DNA of 64,000 nt from Felis catus (taxonomy: Eukaryota), in NCBI RefSeq assembly GCF_018350175.1, contig NC_058368.1, positions 121,274,001 through 121,338,000 on the forward strand, written 5' to 3'. The notes below the pieces were generated by a model, which did not search any database, was not told the DNA's origin, and saw only the letters and a list, made by a program, of their open reading frames with translations. Below are positions 1-14,350 of this stretch, piece by piece. The translations under genes were made by a program, and so were the position numbers. Position 1 is the first letter of the stretch. Each line of letters opens with the position of its first letter.

Positions 1-49
1 ACCACTGGAAGATTCTAAGGGACACAGTAACTCCATCAGACCTGGGTTT

Positions 50-248
50 CTTTTTGTTGTTGTTGTATATTTATTTTTGAGAAAGACTGGGGTACGGGCA
101 GAGAGAGAGGGAGACAGAGAATCCGAAGCAGGCTCCAGGCTCTGAGCTGTCAGCACACAGCCCGACACTGGGCTCGAACTCACAGACCTCCAGACCATGA
201 CTTGAGCCAAAGTCAGATGCTTAACCCACTGAGCCACCCAGGTGCCCC
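50..248 (-). mobile_element. Can-SINE (SINEC_Fc-like)
   Basis: Reverse complement of the ggggcacctgggtggctcag tRNA-derived head, (CT)n region and A tail. Confidence 0.9.
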
Positions 249-1769
249 AGACTTGGATTTCTTAAAGTCTGCTCTTCTGGCTATAGTAAGAAGAATAATT
301 TGAGGAGGAGAGAGGAAAAAGCAGGAAGGCCAGGTAGGAGGCTGGCGCATGGCTCCATTGGAAGATGACTGTGGCTTGGACTGGGAAACTGGAAACAAGT
401 AGACAGATTCAAACACCATTTAGGAGGTAGATCCACAGGGCTTGGAGGTTGACAAAAGTGAGGAACAGGGGAGAGGGAGTGGTCAAGAATGCTTGCCCCA
501 CTTTCTGCTTTATGTGCCTAGGTTAGTGGTGGTGGAGCCGCTACCAAAGAGGGACAATTACAGTGATGGGGAGACAGTGGTTAAATTTCCAAGGACAGAG
601 ATCAGCTACAATCAATACCAAATTGGATACATAGGAGGTGCTTACATTTTTGCATTTTAGAGCTCGCGTGGTGCCCTGCATAATTTCAAGAAGCTTCTCC
701 ATAGCTCTGGGGGGGAAAAAAGCACCATTGATTTTATTACCCATTTTTGGTACTCTTTTTTCGAAAATTTCTACATTTAATGATTATTCATTTGGACACT
801 CTCCCCACCCCTTCACCTCTAAAATTAGTGATTACGAGAACCCTCAAGATTATCATCAAACTAGCCATTGCTTCGTTTGTTCTCCTAATTGCTAGGAGGG
901 GAAAAAGATAATCAAGTGGTTGCTCTAATCTGGAAACCTGATTTTCAAAAATTACTTGAAATCTAAATTGAGCTTTTTAAAGCAGTACTTAAATTTTGAC
1001 TCCAGTCGTTTCATTAAGACTAGCACTTGCTAAGAACTCCTTAAACAAGTTTTGAATTATCAGTGCCATGCAAAGCAACTGAAAAGAAGGAAAGCTTTCT
1101 GGTAAGAGTGGCATGGGTTGTGTTTTTTTTTTTTCTTTTTTGCATAAACAGGATTTTTCTTGTTAATGCATCACTTGATTTATTGAATTACACCTGAATA
1201 AAAAGGTGGTAAAACAAATGCTGAGCTTATACCCATTCTTGTCAGGACTTCTCCAGTGAGGCCTGCCTGGGTTATGTGAACCTTGCTCAGCCCAATGAAC
1301 CTCAAGGATATTGTTTCAAACGAGTGGGTACAAATTTAAGAGATGTGCAGTCTTTCCCCAACCGAGCTATTAATCACGTTGGCAGAACACAGGCAGACCA
1401 AGAGTCACACAAAGTCCTTTGTCAATGTTGCTGATGAAAACACTGAAGGTGTTGCTCACCAGGGGAAAAAGAACAATTAGGAAGCAGGAAAAAAAAAATC
1501 AATTGATTTCATTCTAGCTGTGAATGACCATAAAGAACTTTACTCATTCAACTCAAAGAGTATATGTTGCCCTCTTACTAAATCAACAATGGAGGGATAG
1601 GTGCTCTGGGGAATGTAGACATTGTCCTGAGCCCACACTGCCATCAGAGCTTGCCGACACAACTTCTGTAACTTCCTAGGTAGTCTCCCTACTTTTACAC
1701 TGGTACGCTGGTACTTCTGAACAAAAAAATAAAAATAAAAACAAATACATAAAAGTCTAAACTTTTATG

Positions 1770-2535
1770 TATTTGTTTTTATTTGCATATGGCAAAATTT
1801 ACTCTTTTTGGGTCCACTTCTATACATTTTGGTAAATACATCCAGTATACCCACACGACCATCAAGATATAGAATAGTTCCAGAGTGCCTGGGTGGTTCC
1901 GTCGGTTAAGCGTCCGACTTCAGCTCAGGTCATGGTCTCACAGTTCGTGATTTGAGCCCCGAATTGGGCTGTCTGCTGTCAATGCGGAACCTGCTTCAGA
2001 TCCTCTCTGTCTCTCTCTGCACCCCACCTCTCTCAAAAATAAACAAACATTAAAAAAAAGATCTAGAATAGTTCCAACATCCCCCAAAAGTGCAACAACA
2101 TGCTGACTCTTTGTAGTCAGCCCGTTCCTGACTCCCAGTAGCAGGCAATCACTGATCTGGTTTCTGCTCCTATAGTTTTCCTTTTTCTGAATGTCATAGC
2201 AATGGAATCCTGCAAAATGTAGCCTTGGAGTCTGGCGTCTTTCACTTAGCACAAAGCATTGGAGATTCATCCATGTAGTTAGGTATATCAGCAGCTCTTC
2301 CCTTTTTATTGCTAAGCCGCATTCCACTGCATGGATGTGCCAGAGTCTGTCCGTGCACCAGGTGAAAGACAATGCATTGTTTCTAGTTGTCGGCAGCTAT
2401 GAGTGAAGCTGCCATAAACATTTGCATACCGATTTTTGAGCAGGCATAAGTTTTCCTGTCTCTTCAGTAATTACCTAGGAGTGAGATGGCTGGGTCAGAT
2501 GCCAAGTGTGGGTTTAGCTTTGTAAGAAACTGCCA
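1770..2535 (-). mobile_element. Old L1M 3' fragment interrupted by a SINE
   Basis: ttcacttagc...agattcatccatgt...gtaagaaactgcca pattern typical of antisense L1 3' ends. Confidence 0.75.
1883..2057 (+). mobile_element. Can-SINE with 19-bp TSD
   Basis: TSD aagat(a/c)tagaatagttcca at 1864-1882 and 2058-2076. Confidence 0.9.
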
Positions 2536-3044
2536 GAGCAAAGCATGAGCTTTTAAAAGCAGAAATCAGATTGTGTCACTCCTCTACCTAATCCTGCCAA
2601 AGGCTTCCTTTACACTTAGAATAAACTTGAGCCTCCCAGGACCTTTGTGACCCCGCCCCTGCCTGTCTCTGTGGTCTCTTTACCACCTGCTCCTCACTCC
2701 ATTCCAGCTTCTGTTTCTTGCTTTTTTCTCAGACTGTTTTTCCCCCTCCTTAGGATCTTTTTACTTGATTATAATCCCTCTGCTTGGCATGTTCTTACCC
2801 CCATCTTCACAGAGCTGGTTCCTTCTTGTCATCTGTGTCTCAGTTAAATGCCACCTTCTCAGGGGAACTTCCTTGACCCACCCACCCCCATCTAAAGTAG
2901 GCGCCTCCCCCAACCCGTCTTTATCACGTCAAAGCACTTACTTCTGTCTGATATTTTCTTGTTTGGTTGTCTGTTTGCTGGCTGTGCCATTTATAAGTCA
3001 CCCCTTCGGGCCACAGCCCTTTTATCTTTAAAGTGGGCATAATA

Positions 3045-3537
3045 GGGGCACCTGAGTGGTTCAGTCAGTTAAGCATCTGACTTCAGCCATGCTCATGATT
3101 TCATGGTCTGTGAGTTCAAGCTCTGTGTCGGGCTCTGTGCTGATAGCTCAGAGCCTGGAGCCTGCCTCAGATTCTGTGTCTTCCTCTATCTCTGCCCCTC
3201 CCCAACTTGTGCTCTGTCTCTCTGTCTCTCTCTCTCAAAGATAAACATACATACATACATACATACATACATACATAAGATGGACATAATAGGGGCACCT
3301 GGGTGGCTCATTAAGTTAAGTGTACAACTTCAGCTCAGATCATGATCTCACAGCTTGTAAGTTCGAGCCCCCCATCAGCCTCTGAGTGGGCTCTGTGCTG
3401 GCAGCTTGGAGCCTGGAGTCTGCTTCAGATTCTGTGTCTCCATTTCTCTCTCTGCCCCTCCCCCACTCACGCTCTGTCTCTCTCTCCTTCAAAAATAAAT
3501 AAATATTTTTTAAAAATTTTTAAATAAATAAAATAAA
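3045..3537 (+). mobile_element. Two tandem Can-SINEs (3045-3277 with (ACAT)n tail; 3292-3537)
   Basis: Two heads ggggcacctg, each preceded by gg(g/a)cataata. Confidence 0.9.
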
Positions 3538-3640
3538 CTGGACATAGTAATGCCCCTTCCCCTACTCAATGATTCTTTTTCACAGTATTACAAGCTTTGT
3601 GAGGTAGAAATTGTATCTTCTTTAAAAACTTTCTATCTTG

Positions 3641-3848
3641 GGGGACGCCTGGGGTGGCTCAGTCAGTTGAACATCTGACTTAGGCTCAGGTCATGATCTC
3701 ATGGTTTGTGAGTTTAAGCCCACATGGGGCCGGCTGCTGTCAGCACAGAGCCCACTTTGGATCCTCTGTCCCTTTCTCTCTCTGCCCCTCCCCTCCCCTT
3801 CTCTTTCCCTCTCTCTCAAAAATGAATAAACATTTAAAAATAAAAAAA
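3641..3848 (+). mobile_element. Can-SINE
   Basis: Head and tail present; flanking tttctatcttgg duplicated. Confidence 0.9.
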
Positions 3849-4883
3849 GTTTTCTATCTTGGCTATGTTAATCATCTGCATATTGTCGTTAAAACGTTCT
3901 TAAATGGGCAAATTCCCTTTTATCTTTATAGTTGAATCTGTAAAGTGGAATGAGACACATGGCTTTGGAGGACAACTCTGTCCACGTATTCCAGCCTTCC
4001 AAAGGAATTGAACCCAAAATATAACACAGCTGGTGGCTGTGCTAGACCTAGCTGGTACTAGGTTGTCAGAGCTGGTTTTTATATTTTCAGGAATTTTGCT
4101 AGCTAGTTGTTAAACCATTGGTAGGTATTTGCACCGTAGAAATTGGGAAACTCTACAAATCAGGGCTTGCACTTTTGTTTTTTCTTTTCTTTTCTTTTCT
4201 GTCTCCATACACCGGCATATTAGAGACTAAGAGGTATGGAACAAGAGAGAAATGTGAGGAGTTAAAAGTGTTTAAAGAAAGTAGTAAAAGCAGCATAAAG
4301 ATTCAAAGTCCCAAATACATTTACATTACGGTTCAAATGCTTATAAGATGAGAAAACCTGACCAAGTCCATCCATGTGTGATTCCACAAGCACTCACTGA
4401 GCATCCGCTGTGGGACAGGGCCGAGACGAACATGTATGAGCTCGCTGCCATCAGGTAGCTAACAGTCCAGTGGGGGAAGGAAATGATTGCAGTGTGTTGT
4501 GTAAAGTGCCATGGTGGAAAAGGATAGAAGCTGCAGCCCACGCAGTGGCATTCAGGAGTGGCTGAAGGAGGAAAAGGGGAGGGTGTGCCTGGGAGAAATG
4601 GGTAAAGGAAGAGTGCTCCCGATCAGGGAAGAGTATCATGACTTACTTTTAACCCCTGGAGACCTCAGTGAGGAAGGAGAGCAATATCTACTTTGCAAGA
4701 GACTTGTCGGAATTTCTTGATGCAACCAAGTAGCTGGGACATATCGATAAAAGGAGGAACCTGACCAAAGAGTGATGGCTGAGGTGGCGGCATCCGAACC
4801 CGCTTCAGACTAGCCTGGGTAGGACTTAGCTGCTCACACCAGATCAGGAAGACTAACCTCTCATGGACTTTCTGTGTTTTCAG

Positions 4884-5207
4884 CCCAACCTCACTGCAAG
4901 ACACCTCCTAGAAAAGAACAAAGGCGGTCAATCGGTCCGCACAAAGAACCTGTCTCTGGTACCCTCATGCTCCCGAAGCAAAGCAGCCAACACGCCCACC
5001 CTCCGCAGGGGCCCTGGGTCCAGGAGGAAAGGGCCCGGGCAGTTCTCCATCACAACAGCTTTGAACACTCTCAACAGGATGGTCCATTCTCCCTCGGGGC
5101 GCCATATGGTGGAGATCAGCACCCCAGTGCTCATCAGCTCCAGCAACCCCTCTGTGATCACCCAGCACACGGAAAAAGGAGATATTCCTCCCAGCTCTGT
5201 GGGGCAG
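4884..5207 (+). CDS. SH3RF2: SH3RF2 coding exon (exon 5 by human numbering), linker after the second SH3
   Basis: Acceptor tttctgtgttttcag|CCC, donor CAG|gtagga, 324 nt, phase 0/0. Translates [13 protein letters not shown]...[44 protein letters not shown]...VGQ, matching recalled SH3RF2. Confidence 0.95.
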
Positions 5208-5691
5208 GTAGGAAACAAACCCCTGGGATAAGGGCACCTCGGAGTCAGGCAGGTGATGCACACCATGTCATAAACAGTATTGGATATTTAGTACCTGCTG
5301 AGCATCCATAATGCACTAATAACAACTAATGTGTATATTATATGTCAGAGCTGTAGACACATGATTCCATGTCATCCTTGAACCAGCCTCTTGAGTTAGG
5401 TACTATTACTGTTCTCCCCATTTTATAGATAAGAAAACTGAGGCCAAGAGGAGTTAAATAACTTGCAAGATCTTCACAGACACTGTGCTTTCCCATGCTG
5501 AAAGCCATGACATAGTTCCCGTCCCATAAAGAACTTCTCTCCCAGGAGACAATAGCACCCATTTTCTAGAGAGAGTTTTGGCATCATGATTAGAGATTCA
5601 CTGTTCCATTCTATCCTCTGACAATGTCTTAGGCATCATGCGGAAAGGAAGGAAAAGAGGGAAAGAGAAATTGTGGGTTACTGGGTGTTTT

Positions 5692-6087
5692 CAGGACTGG
5701 TTACATAATTTGCAGGGCCCAGTGGAATGTGAAAATGCAGGCCCCTTGCTCAAAAATGACTAAGAATTTCAAGGGGCCCCTGGGTGGCTCATTTGGTTGA
5801 GGGTCCGACTTCGGCTCAGGTCATGGTCTTTCTGTTCGAGAGTTCAAGCCCCACATCAGGCTCTGTGCTAACAAACAGCTCGGAACCTGGAGCCTGCTTC
5901 AGATTCTGTATCTCTCTCTCTCTCTCTCCCCCTCCCCTGCTCATGCTCTGCCTCTCTCTGTCTCTCAAAAATAAATAAATGTTAAAAAAAAATTTTTAAA
6001 AGAATTTTGATACATCAACAGCAGAGCATTAAACCGAGTGAAGAGCCCTTCTCAATACAGAGCCCCATGTGACTATATGTGTCACAT

Positions 6088-6125
<38 letters not shown>

Positions 6126-6140
6126 ACAAAGCCAGCCCTG
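5692..6140 (-). mobile_element. hAT MITE (MER45A-like) containing a Can-SINE (5773-6000, +) and a (CA)n
   Basis: Ends cagg...cctg; internal tacataatttgcagggcccagtg and cagcagagcattaaacc; 8-bp TSD ggtgtttt/cgtgtttt. Confidence 0.75.
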
Positions 6141-9100
6141 CGTGTTTTTATATGGAGTACCTAATAAGATAACACAGGAAAGTGCTCAGTGCCAGTGCTT
6201 GGCACATGCTAAGCCCCCAGTAAGCATTAGCTGTTAATACTATTATTATTCAGCCCAATCACTGAATTGCCAAATGAAGAGAGATACACCAAGGGGCGAT
6301 TGTAGCAATCCAGAAACAGAAGTACTTCTAACAGCATGTGGCTATTTAGGTTGGAGGGTACTTTGAAAGATGAAGGACTGGAGGTATGAGGCAAAGTAAT
6401 TAAGAACAACTGCATGTTGGGGATTCTGCTGAAAACACTCTTTGGAACCGGGCAGGTGGCAGCTTGAAAGGACAAACTTCAACTTGCACGGATGTATTTT
6501 TTTTAAAGCTGTAAATCTTGTTTTTAAACATGAATCTCTACCTTGGGATTAAAGGACTTAATTGGACTCTAATCCCTTTTTAACAAGACAAGAAGGAGGA
6601 GAAAGTCAAGGGCTTCTCAAAGACCTGTATGCTGGTCGAAAATGAAAACAATCACCATCAACAACATTTTCTATCTCCTACCACCGTCTGGATCTCCAAG
6701 AGGCTGGTTCTTCACGTGCCTCAGCCCACCACCTGTACTACATGCCCACACACACACACGCACATGCACACACACATACACATTTTCCCCTCCACATACT
6801 CTCTCCTTACATAAAAAACTATAACGTTCCCTTCCTACACACACATTCCAAATGCTTTTTTACAAGTACATACACGCTTTGTGCTCAGAGTTCTCCCTCC
6901 ACCACACACACGCACACACACACACTCTCTCTCTCTAAAATGAGGGGCCTAGTGACTCACAATTAAGCCAAAGACTAACAGAATTTTTCTAAAGCCGTTT
7001 TTATAGAGAGAGAGAGATAGGTAGATATTTATAAAGTACAGCCCACACTCAGAAGATCTAAGCAAGCTCACTCAGCTGTAAGTTGGTTTCCCAAGAGATT
7101 TAGCCAAGAGTCACTTTTCATGTGCCTTTTAAATTCTTCTTTCCAGTCATTTACCTTATCCATAGAGAGGCTAGAGCAGAGTGGAGAATCCTAGTAGGAT
7201 TTAAAATAAATAGTATTTTTTAAAATTAAATTAAAAAATATAAAGTAAAATAGTGTTTCTTCCTAGTTTTCACAGAGGTGAGAATTCCAAAATTTGGCAT
7301 TTGCATATCCTATTCCCAGGGAACCTTTGCACGGTATTGATAATAGCCTTTCTCAATTCAGATGGCCGTGGATTTTAAGTGTTTCTACATGTTTGCCCAA
7401 GTGTTGTCAAAAATGCTCTTAAAATACTTCATTTACAAGCTACATCTAAAGATGGGTAAAACATTGAGCAAATGACAAGTTCTTTTGCTTCCTTTTTCCT
7501 CTAACATCCTTGAGAGCTGAGGTTTGATCTAACTTTTCAGGTTTCCCCTCTATTCCCCATCCCAGCACCCTGCACAGTGTCTACTCTGTAATAGGCACTC
7601 AGTAAATCAGGAAATCAAGACTTTTGACTTAAACATCTGGGCAGATAGTTGTGATGTATACTCAGACAGGAAAGCCTGGAGGAGGAATAATTTCCTGTAG
7701 AGATCTCACAGGTCAGTGTAGCTTTTTCAACCAATAAACATCTGTTGGGTGCTTACAGTGTGCTCATAACCATAGTGAGTACTGGGGATTCTACTACCAA
7801 AACAACAGGAACAATAGTCATCTTGAACACTTACTGAGACTAATATGATTGATGGATAGAGAAATAGAGAGATAGGATGATATACTCTGATAGCAAAGTC
7901 TTTATTTGCTAGTCTCCTAAGTCCTGCCCTCTATCCTGAAAGATGATAAGAGCCTTTGTAAGGGAGATATTATCACTACTTTAGGTAGTTACTAAAGTAC
8001 TTTAGTACTTCACTACTTTAAGGTAATTAAGCTGCCCCCCCAAAAAAATAGTTTTTCCGTAGTTCATGTAATTAGTAAACAATCAGAGTCTGGATTACCC
8101 CTAGAATTGTGTGATGCTGGAACATACACTCTTGTCACTACACTATGCCATCAACAGAGACCTCATCAAGCAACAGTGTTATGTCAGTGCAGTTCATATC
8201 GGATATCTGTAGCCTCTATTCTTTCAGACTTGTCACCTGACTCCCTTTAGACACCAAGGCCCTCCAGCATTCTCTTCCCTGCCCACCCCCTTCTCCAGTA
8301 AAGAATTTGCCCTAAGTCTTTTACATCTAAACATTTTTGTTTACTATCATTTTGTTCCTTTATGAACTACCAACTGTGTCCAGCCATTGTGTATGCTGCT
8401 GAGGTACCAAGAGTAAACTCTCACCATCAAGGAATGCCCTCTGGCAGGGACACAAAAAATAAATGACTGCCTATAGTGGAGTGAGGGCTTCCTAACATGG
8501 GTTGACGACCTGCTGGCACCCGCACTGACTTAAGCAGTACAGAGACTCAGAATTTAACAACACAGAACTGTAGACTGAGAAAGTCATTTCCTTTCCAATT
8601 TTCCCCAAGTCCATTGATGATATCGAGAAGGTCCCAATTTGGTACTGACACTTGACAGTCTGCCTTGGTAAGGAAGAGAGAGCAAGGCCTGGGGCCCAGG
8701 GCTTCTGGCAAGTTCTTGCCCATCTCTGAACTGAACAACACTGTATGTTTTTATTATGTGGTCTGATGGTTATCTTCCATATAAGTGGTATCAGTTTTAT
8801 GTTCACAGCGGTATATGAAAAGAGAAGCCAGAGTAAGGAATTTTGTTTTCCTGTTGTCTTTGTGTCTTCTCACCTGTGGGAAACCACCTGACACATTTGG
8901 CTAGAACATCAAGAAATGGCCTCAAAAATGAACTTTGCACTAAATACAACTGTACTCGTAAATAATTCAGGATTAGACCTGAAGAGGGTGAGTAGATTCC
9001 CTGGGAAATTGTGGTGAGAAGGTTAAGTAGGAGGATTGGAACTCATGTAGTTGGCCTCTGGGAGAGTCCTGAAGATGATCTCAAGGTCTACACTGAGAAG

Positions 9101-9974
9101 GGACGCCTTAGAAGGAGAATGTCAAGTGCATGGGGCACGCATTAGAAAGATCTCCTTGAACAGTTGAAGTCACAACTGCCAGGCCCACCCTAGAGATTCT
9201 AAAATTCACTTGTTCACGATGTGGAGGCTGCCTGCCCACTGTCTCCCACACTCACAGAACAATGAGGCATTCTTGTTTTCTCTAATGCTGGGCTTCCTAA
9301 GAGGTTCTGCTCCCTCAGTATACCCTCTATCTCCTACCCTCACCTGCCACCCCCCTACTAATCCCCTTAACCCCCGCCTTCAGCCTGCCCCTCCTCCTGT
9401 ATCACAGATGCAGGTTAGTGGAACTGCTAAACAACTAGAAAGCCTGTCATCATTCCAGAGTTTTGTCTTTCTCTCACCTCTTACATCAGTTAGTCAGCAA
9501 GCTCATTTTCCCACCTGAATTGTCATGGCTTCTGTCCATTCCATCCCAGTGCCTTACTTTTGGTCCTCATCTCTTGCCTAGACTGTTGCTTCAGCCTCCT
9601 CCTTGGTCTCACAGAGCTCATGCTCAATCACTACACCTCACCCCACCCACCCCTTCACCCCCATGCATTCTTCCAGTCATGGCCTCTATCACAATGTCTT
9701 GAAAGCCCAAATCCATGAAACTGCTTCTCTTGCCCAAACTGCCAGTGGTTCCCTACAGTCCACAGAAGAAGTGATACCTGCCGTTTATTGAATGGCCACT
9801 AAAAGCCAGCATCTATACTGATAACTTACAGACATTATGACTAGCCTCACAACTGTTCATAGTAGGCACTGGTATGCCCATTTTACCAAATAGGAAAACT
9901 CGGGGACAGAAAGATTAGGTAACTTGTCCAAAGTCTCAAAGTTAGAAACAGAGTCAGGATTTGAGGACAGACTA

Positions 9975-10148
9975 AAGTTTATTTATTTACTTTGACAGAC
10001 AGAGAAAGAGAGCATGAGCAGAGGAGGGGATAGAGAGAAATAATCCCAAGCAGGCTCTGTACTGTCAGCACAGAGTCCCATGAAGGGCTCGAACTCATAA
10101 ACTGTGAGATCATGACCTGATCCAGACACTCAACCGACCCAGGCGGCC
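9975..10148 (-). mobile_element. Can-SINE inside a MIR-like remnant
   Basis: tttatttattt...cccaagcaggctc...gagatcatgacctga. Confidence 0.85.
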
Positions 10149-10662
10149 TGATCTACTTGACATTTTTAAGCACAGTACATCTATTCTAGGCCACCTCTCT
10201 GCTTTTTGTCCTTGTACCCAGCATGGTGCCTGCATTATTATGAGCAATGAACAAAAGGCTGTTTCGCTTGGAATTTATTTTTGGTGCATTCACCTGTCAC
10301 AATCATATCCACACCCCAAGCCCTATATGCATATCATTTCTGCAAGGAACCTTTTTCCAGTTCTCCCCTGCAAAATTAATATCTCCCCTTGTGTTCACGG
10401 CACATTGTTTTTACTCAAGTTATAACACATTCTTCTTTGTACTGTCAATACCCCACATATATCTTCTCACCAAGCTCACGAAGATTGAATACTTCTTAAG
10501 GGAGGAGATGGTGTTTTATTCATTTATGTTACTGCTCACTTTCCAAAACCCCAACAAAGGTTTCTAATAACATGTTTTGCCTCAAGAATTAAAAACAAAG
10601 TCAGGGACCTCTGACTTTTTAAAATAATTACCACATTAAAAATTTTTTTTAAAAAAACAGAA

Positions 10663-10897
10663 GGTGCCTGGGTGGCTCAGTCGGTTGAGCATCTGACTTC
10701 GGCTCAGGTCATGATCTCTCAGACTGTGAGTTCGAGCCCCGTGTCAGGCTCTGTGCTGACAGCTCAGAACCTGGAGCCTGCTTCGGATTCTGTGTCTCCC
10801 TCTCTCTTTCTGCCCCTCCCCCGCTCATGCTCGCGCTCTCTCTCTCTCTCTCTCTCTCTCTGTCAAAAATAAATAAACATTAAAAACAAATTTTTAA
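10663..10897 (+). mobile_element. Can-SINE
   Basis: ggtgcctgggtggctcagtcggttgagc head, (CT)n, aataaataaac tail. Confidence 0.9.
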
Positions 10898-12009
10898 ATA
10901 ATTACCAATCCCCATCCCTTCTTCTGATTAAAGAAAGGACAAAGGCAGATCAGTGAAGTGTAATTCCATTCCCCACACCTCTTCCATCCCATTGATAATG
11001 ACAAGTCCAAGCATCTTTCCTGGCCTCCTGGGGAGATGAGCTGTGACACATCTTGGGAAATTCTGAAGTCTGTAAAGCTAGCTTTCCTTTCAATCCCATA
11101 TTTGAAATATTCTGGATAAAGTAACTTTCAGCATCTTGAACTATAAGTCTGGACCCTCACCTTTTCTCTCTTTGATGGGAGTTTCTCAGCCCAAATTCAT
11201 GGTACTCAGGACTACCATGAGAGATGGTTTTGACTTAGCATTAAGAAAATTTCTTTCCTTTGGACACTGTCTCAATGCAAATTTATGCTTAAGATTCTAG
11301 CTAACCCTCCTTCTAAGGTAATTTACAGAAATAGATTGATCCTGTGCTTCTAGTCTTATGTTAATATCTCCCAATATAAATGTTCCATTTTCACAATTTT
11401 CACTCAGTAAATCCCTATTTATAAATTAAGTTATCCTAGCACTCTTGAACTGATGGAATGGTCCCCAAGGGTCATGGGTAAAAATTGGGAAGGCTCCATT
11501 TTATTGATACCTGTCCCCTCAAACCGTTTTGTTCCACATCATCTTTATCTGCCCCAAAGTGCCTTGTGTGGAGTCTCACAGGTGCTTGAAATTTGTTAAA
11601 ATTTCAAGAGTATATCCCTGGCTAGAGACAGCCCCTTAAACTGTTCTCATAAATTATCAGTAATGCCTTAGCAGGAGTTCCCTGGTGGACATCTGAAAGC
11701 AAAAACGGACACAGGTTGGGACCACAGGGCATCTACTGCCCTCTACTCTGCCAGATCCCAGCCCCCCTCCCCAGGAAGGAACCATCAGGAGCCACCTAGG
11801 CAAGCAGTGTTTTGTGCTGGAGAACCTCCTCTGGCCTTGAACCCAGAAAGGGTTTCCTACCTTGAGAGGTTGTTGGGAAAATCAGAAGATGCAAAGTGGA
11901 TGTAAAGTGCTTGGTTAGCATTTGGATTGTTGTGATTATTACTAAAAATTTTAGCAGTCAAAATTTCTTAGAGGTCAAGTTTTAGATTTCTCTTCAATCA
12001 CTATGCTGT

Positions 12010-14350
12010 ACATTTTTTTGGAACTTTTTTGTAATGGAAAATTTTAAACATTGTAAAAGAAGAAGGAAGAGTATAATGAAGCCTCATATACATAACACCA
12101 AGTCTCAACAATTATCCACTCATGGGCCAGTCTTATTTAAGTTATATCCCCACTCACGAACCTGCTCCCCAACTGGATAATTTTGAAGCAAAGCTCAGAC
12201 ATCCTATCACTTCATCCACACATATCTCAGCATCTCTTTACACATTTTAGTCAGTATTTATTTCTAAGAATTTAACATAACCATGATCCCATTATCACAC
12301 ATTAGAAAATGGGCAATGATTTCTTTTGGGTTTTTTTTTTAATGTTTATTTAGTTATTTTTGAGACCACTTGCCCCAATTTCTTTATTTAGCCAGTGTTC
12401 ACATGTCCATATTTGCCTTATAATTTTTTTTTTACAGTTGGTTTGTTTAAATGGCATCCAAATGAGGTAAACACTTTGAATTGGGTTGATATGTCTGTTA
12501 GATTTCTTTTATTCCACAAGCTCCCTCTCTCTCCTTGTCTTGTCCTTGGCCATGCATGTGTTACAGAAGCCAAGTTGTGTGTCTTGTTGGATTTTTGCAT
12601 TCTGGATATTGCTAGTTGCCTCTTTGCAGCATTTTTTAACACATGCCTCTCTCTCCTGTGCTTTCTGTAAACTGGTAGTTACATCTAGGGGCTTAATCAG
12701 CTTCAGACTTGGTTTTTGGCAAGAATACCTCATGGATAGCGCTAAGTACTTCTTTTGTGGTTTTTGTCTTGTTTTGTTTAAGGGCACAATTCACTGACTT
12801 GTAATATATCCAGACGTTATGCATCCATTACCGTAATGTAAAACATTTTCATTATTCCAAAAAGAAACTTCACACCTCTTAACCATCACCCCAAGTTCCC
12901 CATTTCCCGCCACCCCCACCTCAGCCCCAGGAAACACCAATTTACTTTCTGTCTCTATAGATTTGCCTGTTCATTTGATTTTAGTGGAGTCACACAGTTT
13001 TTGGTCCTTTGTGGCTGGCTTCTTTCACTTAGCATTATGTTTCCAAGTGCATCTGTTAGAGCAGGTATCAGTACCTCATTCCTTTTTATGATTGATAACA
13101 TTCCCTTGTATAGACTATTGGGTGGATATACCACATTTTGTTTACCTACTTATCAGATGATGGACATCTGGAGTTTTTTTGCCTTTTAGTATTATAAATA
13201 ATCCTGCTGTGAACAGTCATGTACAGGTTTTTGTGTGGGCACGTGTTTTCATATGGTTATACAACTAGGAGTGGAATTACTCGATCATATGGTAACTTTA
13301 TTAACTGTTTGAAGAACTGCCAACTGTTTTCCAAAGTGATTACACTATTTTACATCCTTACCAATGGTTTATGAGAGCTCCAACTTCTCCACATCTTCAC
13401 CAACACTTGTTTTATTATCTTCCTTTTCTATTATAGCCATCTTAATGGGTATGAAGTGGTATCCATTGTGGTTTTGGTTTGCATTTCCTTGATGGCTAAG
13501 CATCTGTTCATGTGTTTATTGGATATGCATTCTTTAGAGGACTGTCTATTCATATCCTTTGCTATATTTTTAATGGGTCACTTACCTTATAACTGAGTTT
13601 AAGAATGCTGTACCTATGGGGGCACCTGGGTGGCTGAGTTAGTTAAGTGTCCGATTTCAGCTCAGGTCATGATCTCAGAATTTGTGAGGTAGAGCCCCAC
13701 AACAGACTCTGCACTGACAATCCAGAGACTGCTTGGGATTCTCTCTCTCCCTCTCTCTCTGCCCTCTGTCTCAAAATAAATAACCCTCCCCTCCAAAAAA
13801 TAATTCTGTACCTATGTACATATATGCTAGGTGCATGTCCCTTATCAAATACATGACTTACAAAAATGTTCTCCTGTTCTCTGGTTGCCTTTTCATGTTC
13901 TTGGTGGTATCCTTTGAGGCACAAAAGTTTTAATTAGCTGGTATCCACTCTATCTATTCTTTCCTTTGTTGCTTGTACTTTTGGTGTCCTATCTTAGAAT
14001 CCATTGCTTAATCCAGGTCCACAAGATTTACCCCTATGTTTTCATCTAAGAATTTTATAGTTTTACATTTGGGTATGATACATTTGGAGTTAATTTTTGT
14101 ATGTGTTGTGAGGTAGGGGTCCAAATTCATTCTTTTACATGTAAAAAGAATGTCTCTCATTTTGCATTAAAGTTTATTCAGATTCAGGTGTTGTCAGCCT
14201 TCTCCACCCATTATAAGGTTCCCCATCAGCCTTTCATCTAATGGTTTGAGGTGCCATTCAAGAACATTCATTTGGGGTTGCAAAATGGTGACATTCCAAA
14301 TCTATCATTCCTCCTAAATTTTTTTAAGCTACAATTCTTCTACAAGATTG
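12010..14350 (-). mobile_element. Nested old L1M fragments, with a SINE at 13618-13800
   Basis: Antisense L1 3' motifs (ctggcttctttcacttagc; ctaggagtggaattact; gaggtaggggtccaaattcattct). Boundaries approximate. Confidence 0.7.

Noticed and set aside
4874..5311. Overlapping alternate-frame and antisense ORFs at exon 5 (similar ones at exons 6-10)
   Set aside because: By-products of GC-rich coding exons; only one frame fits the splice phases and SH3RF2.
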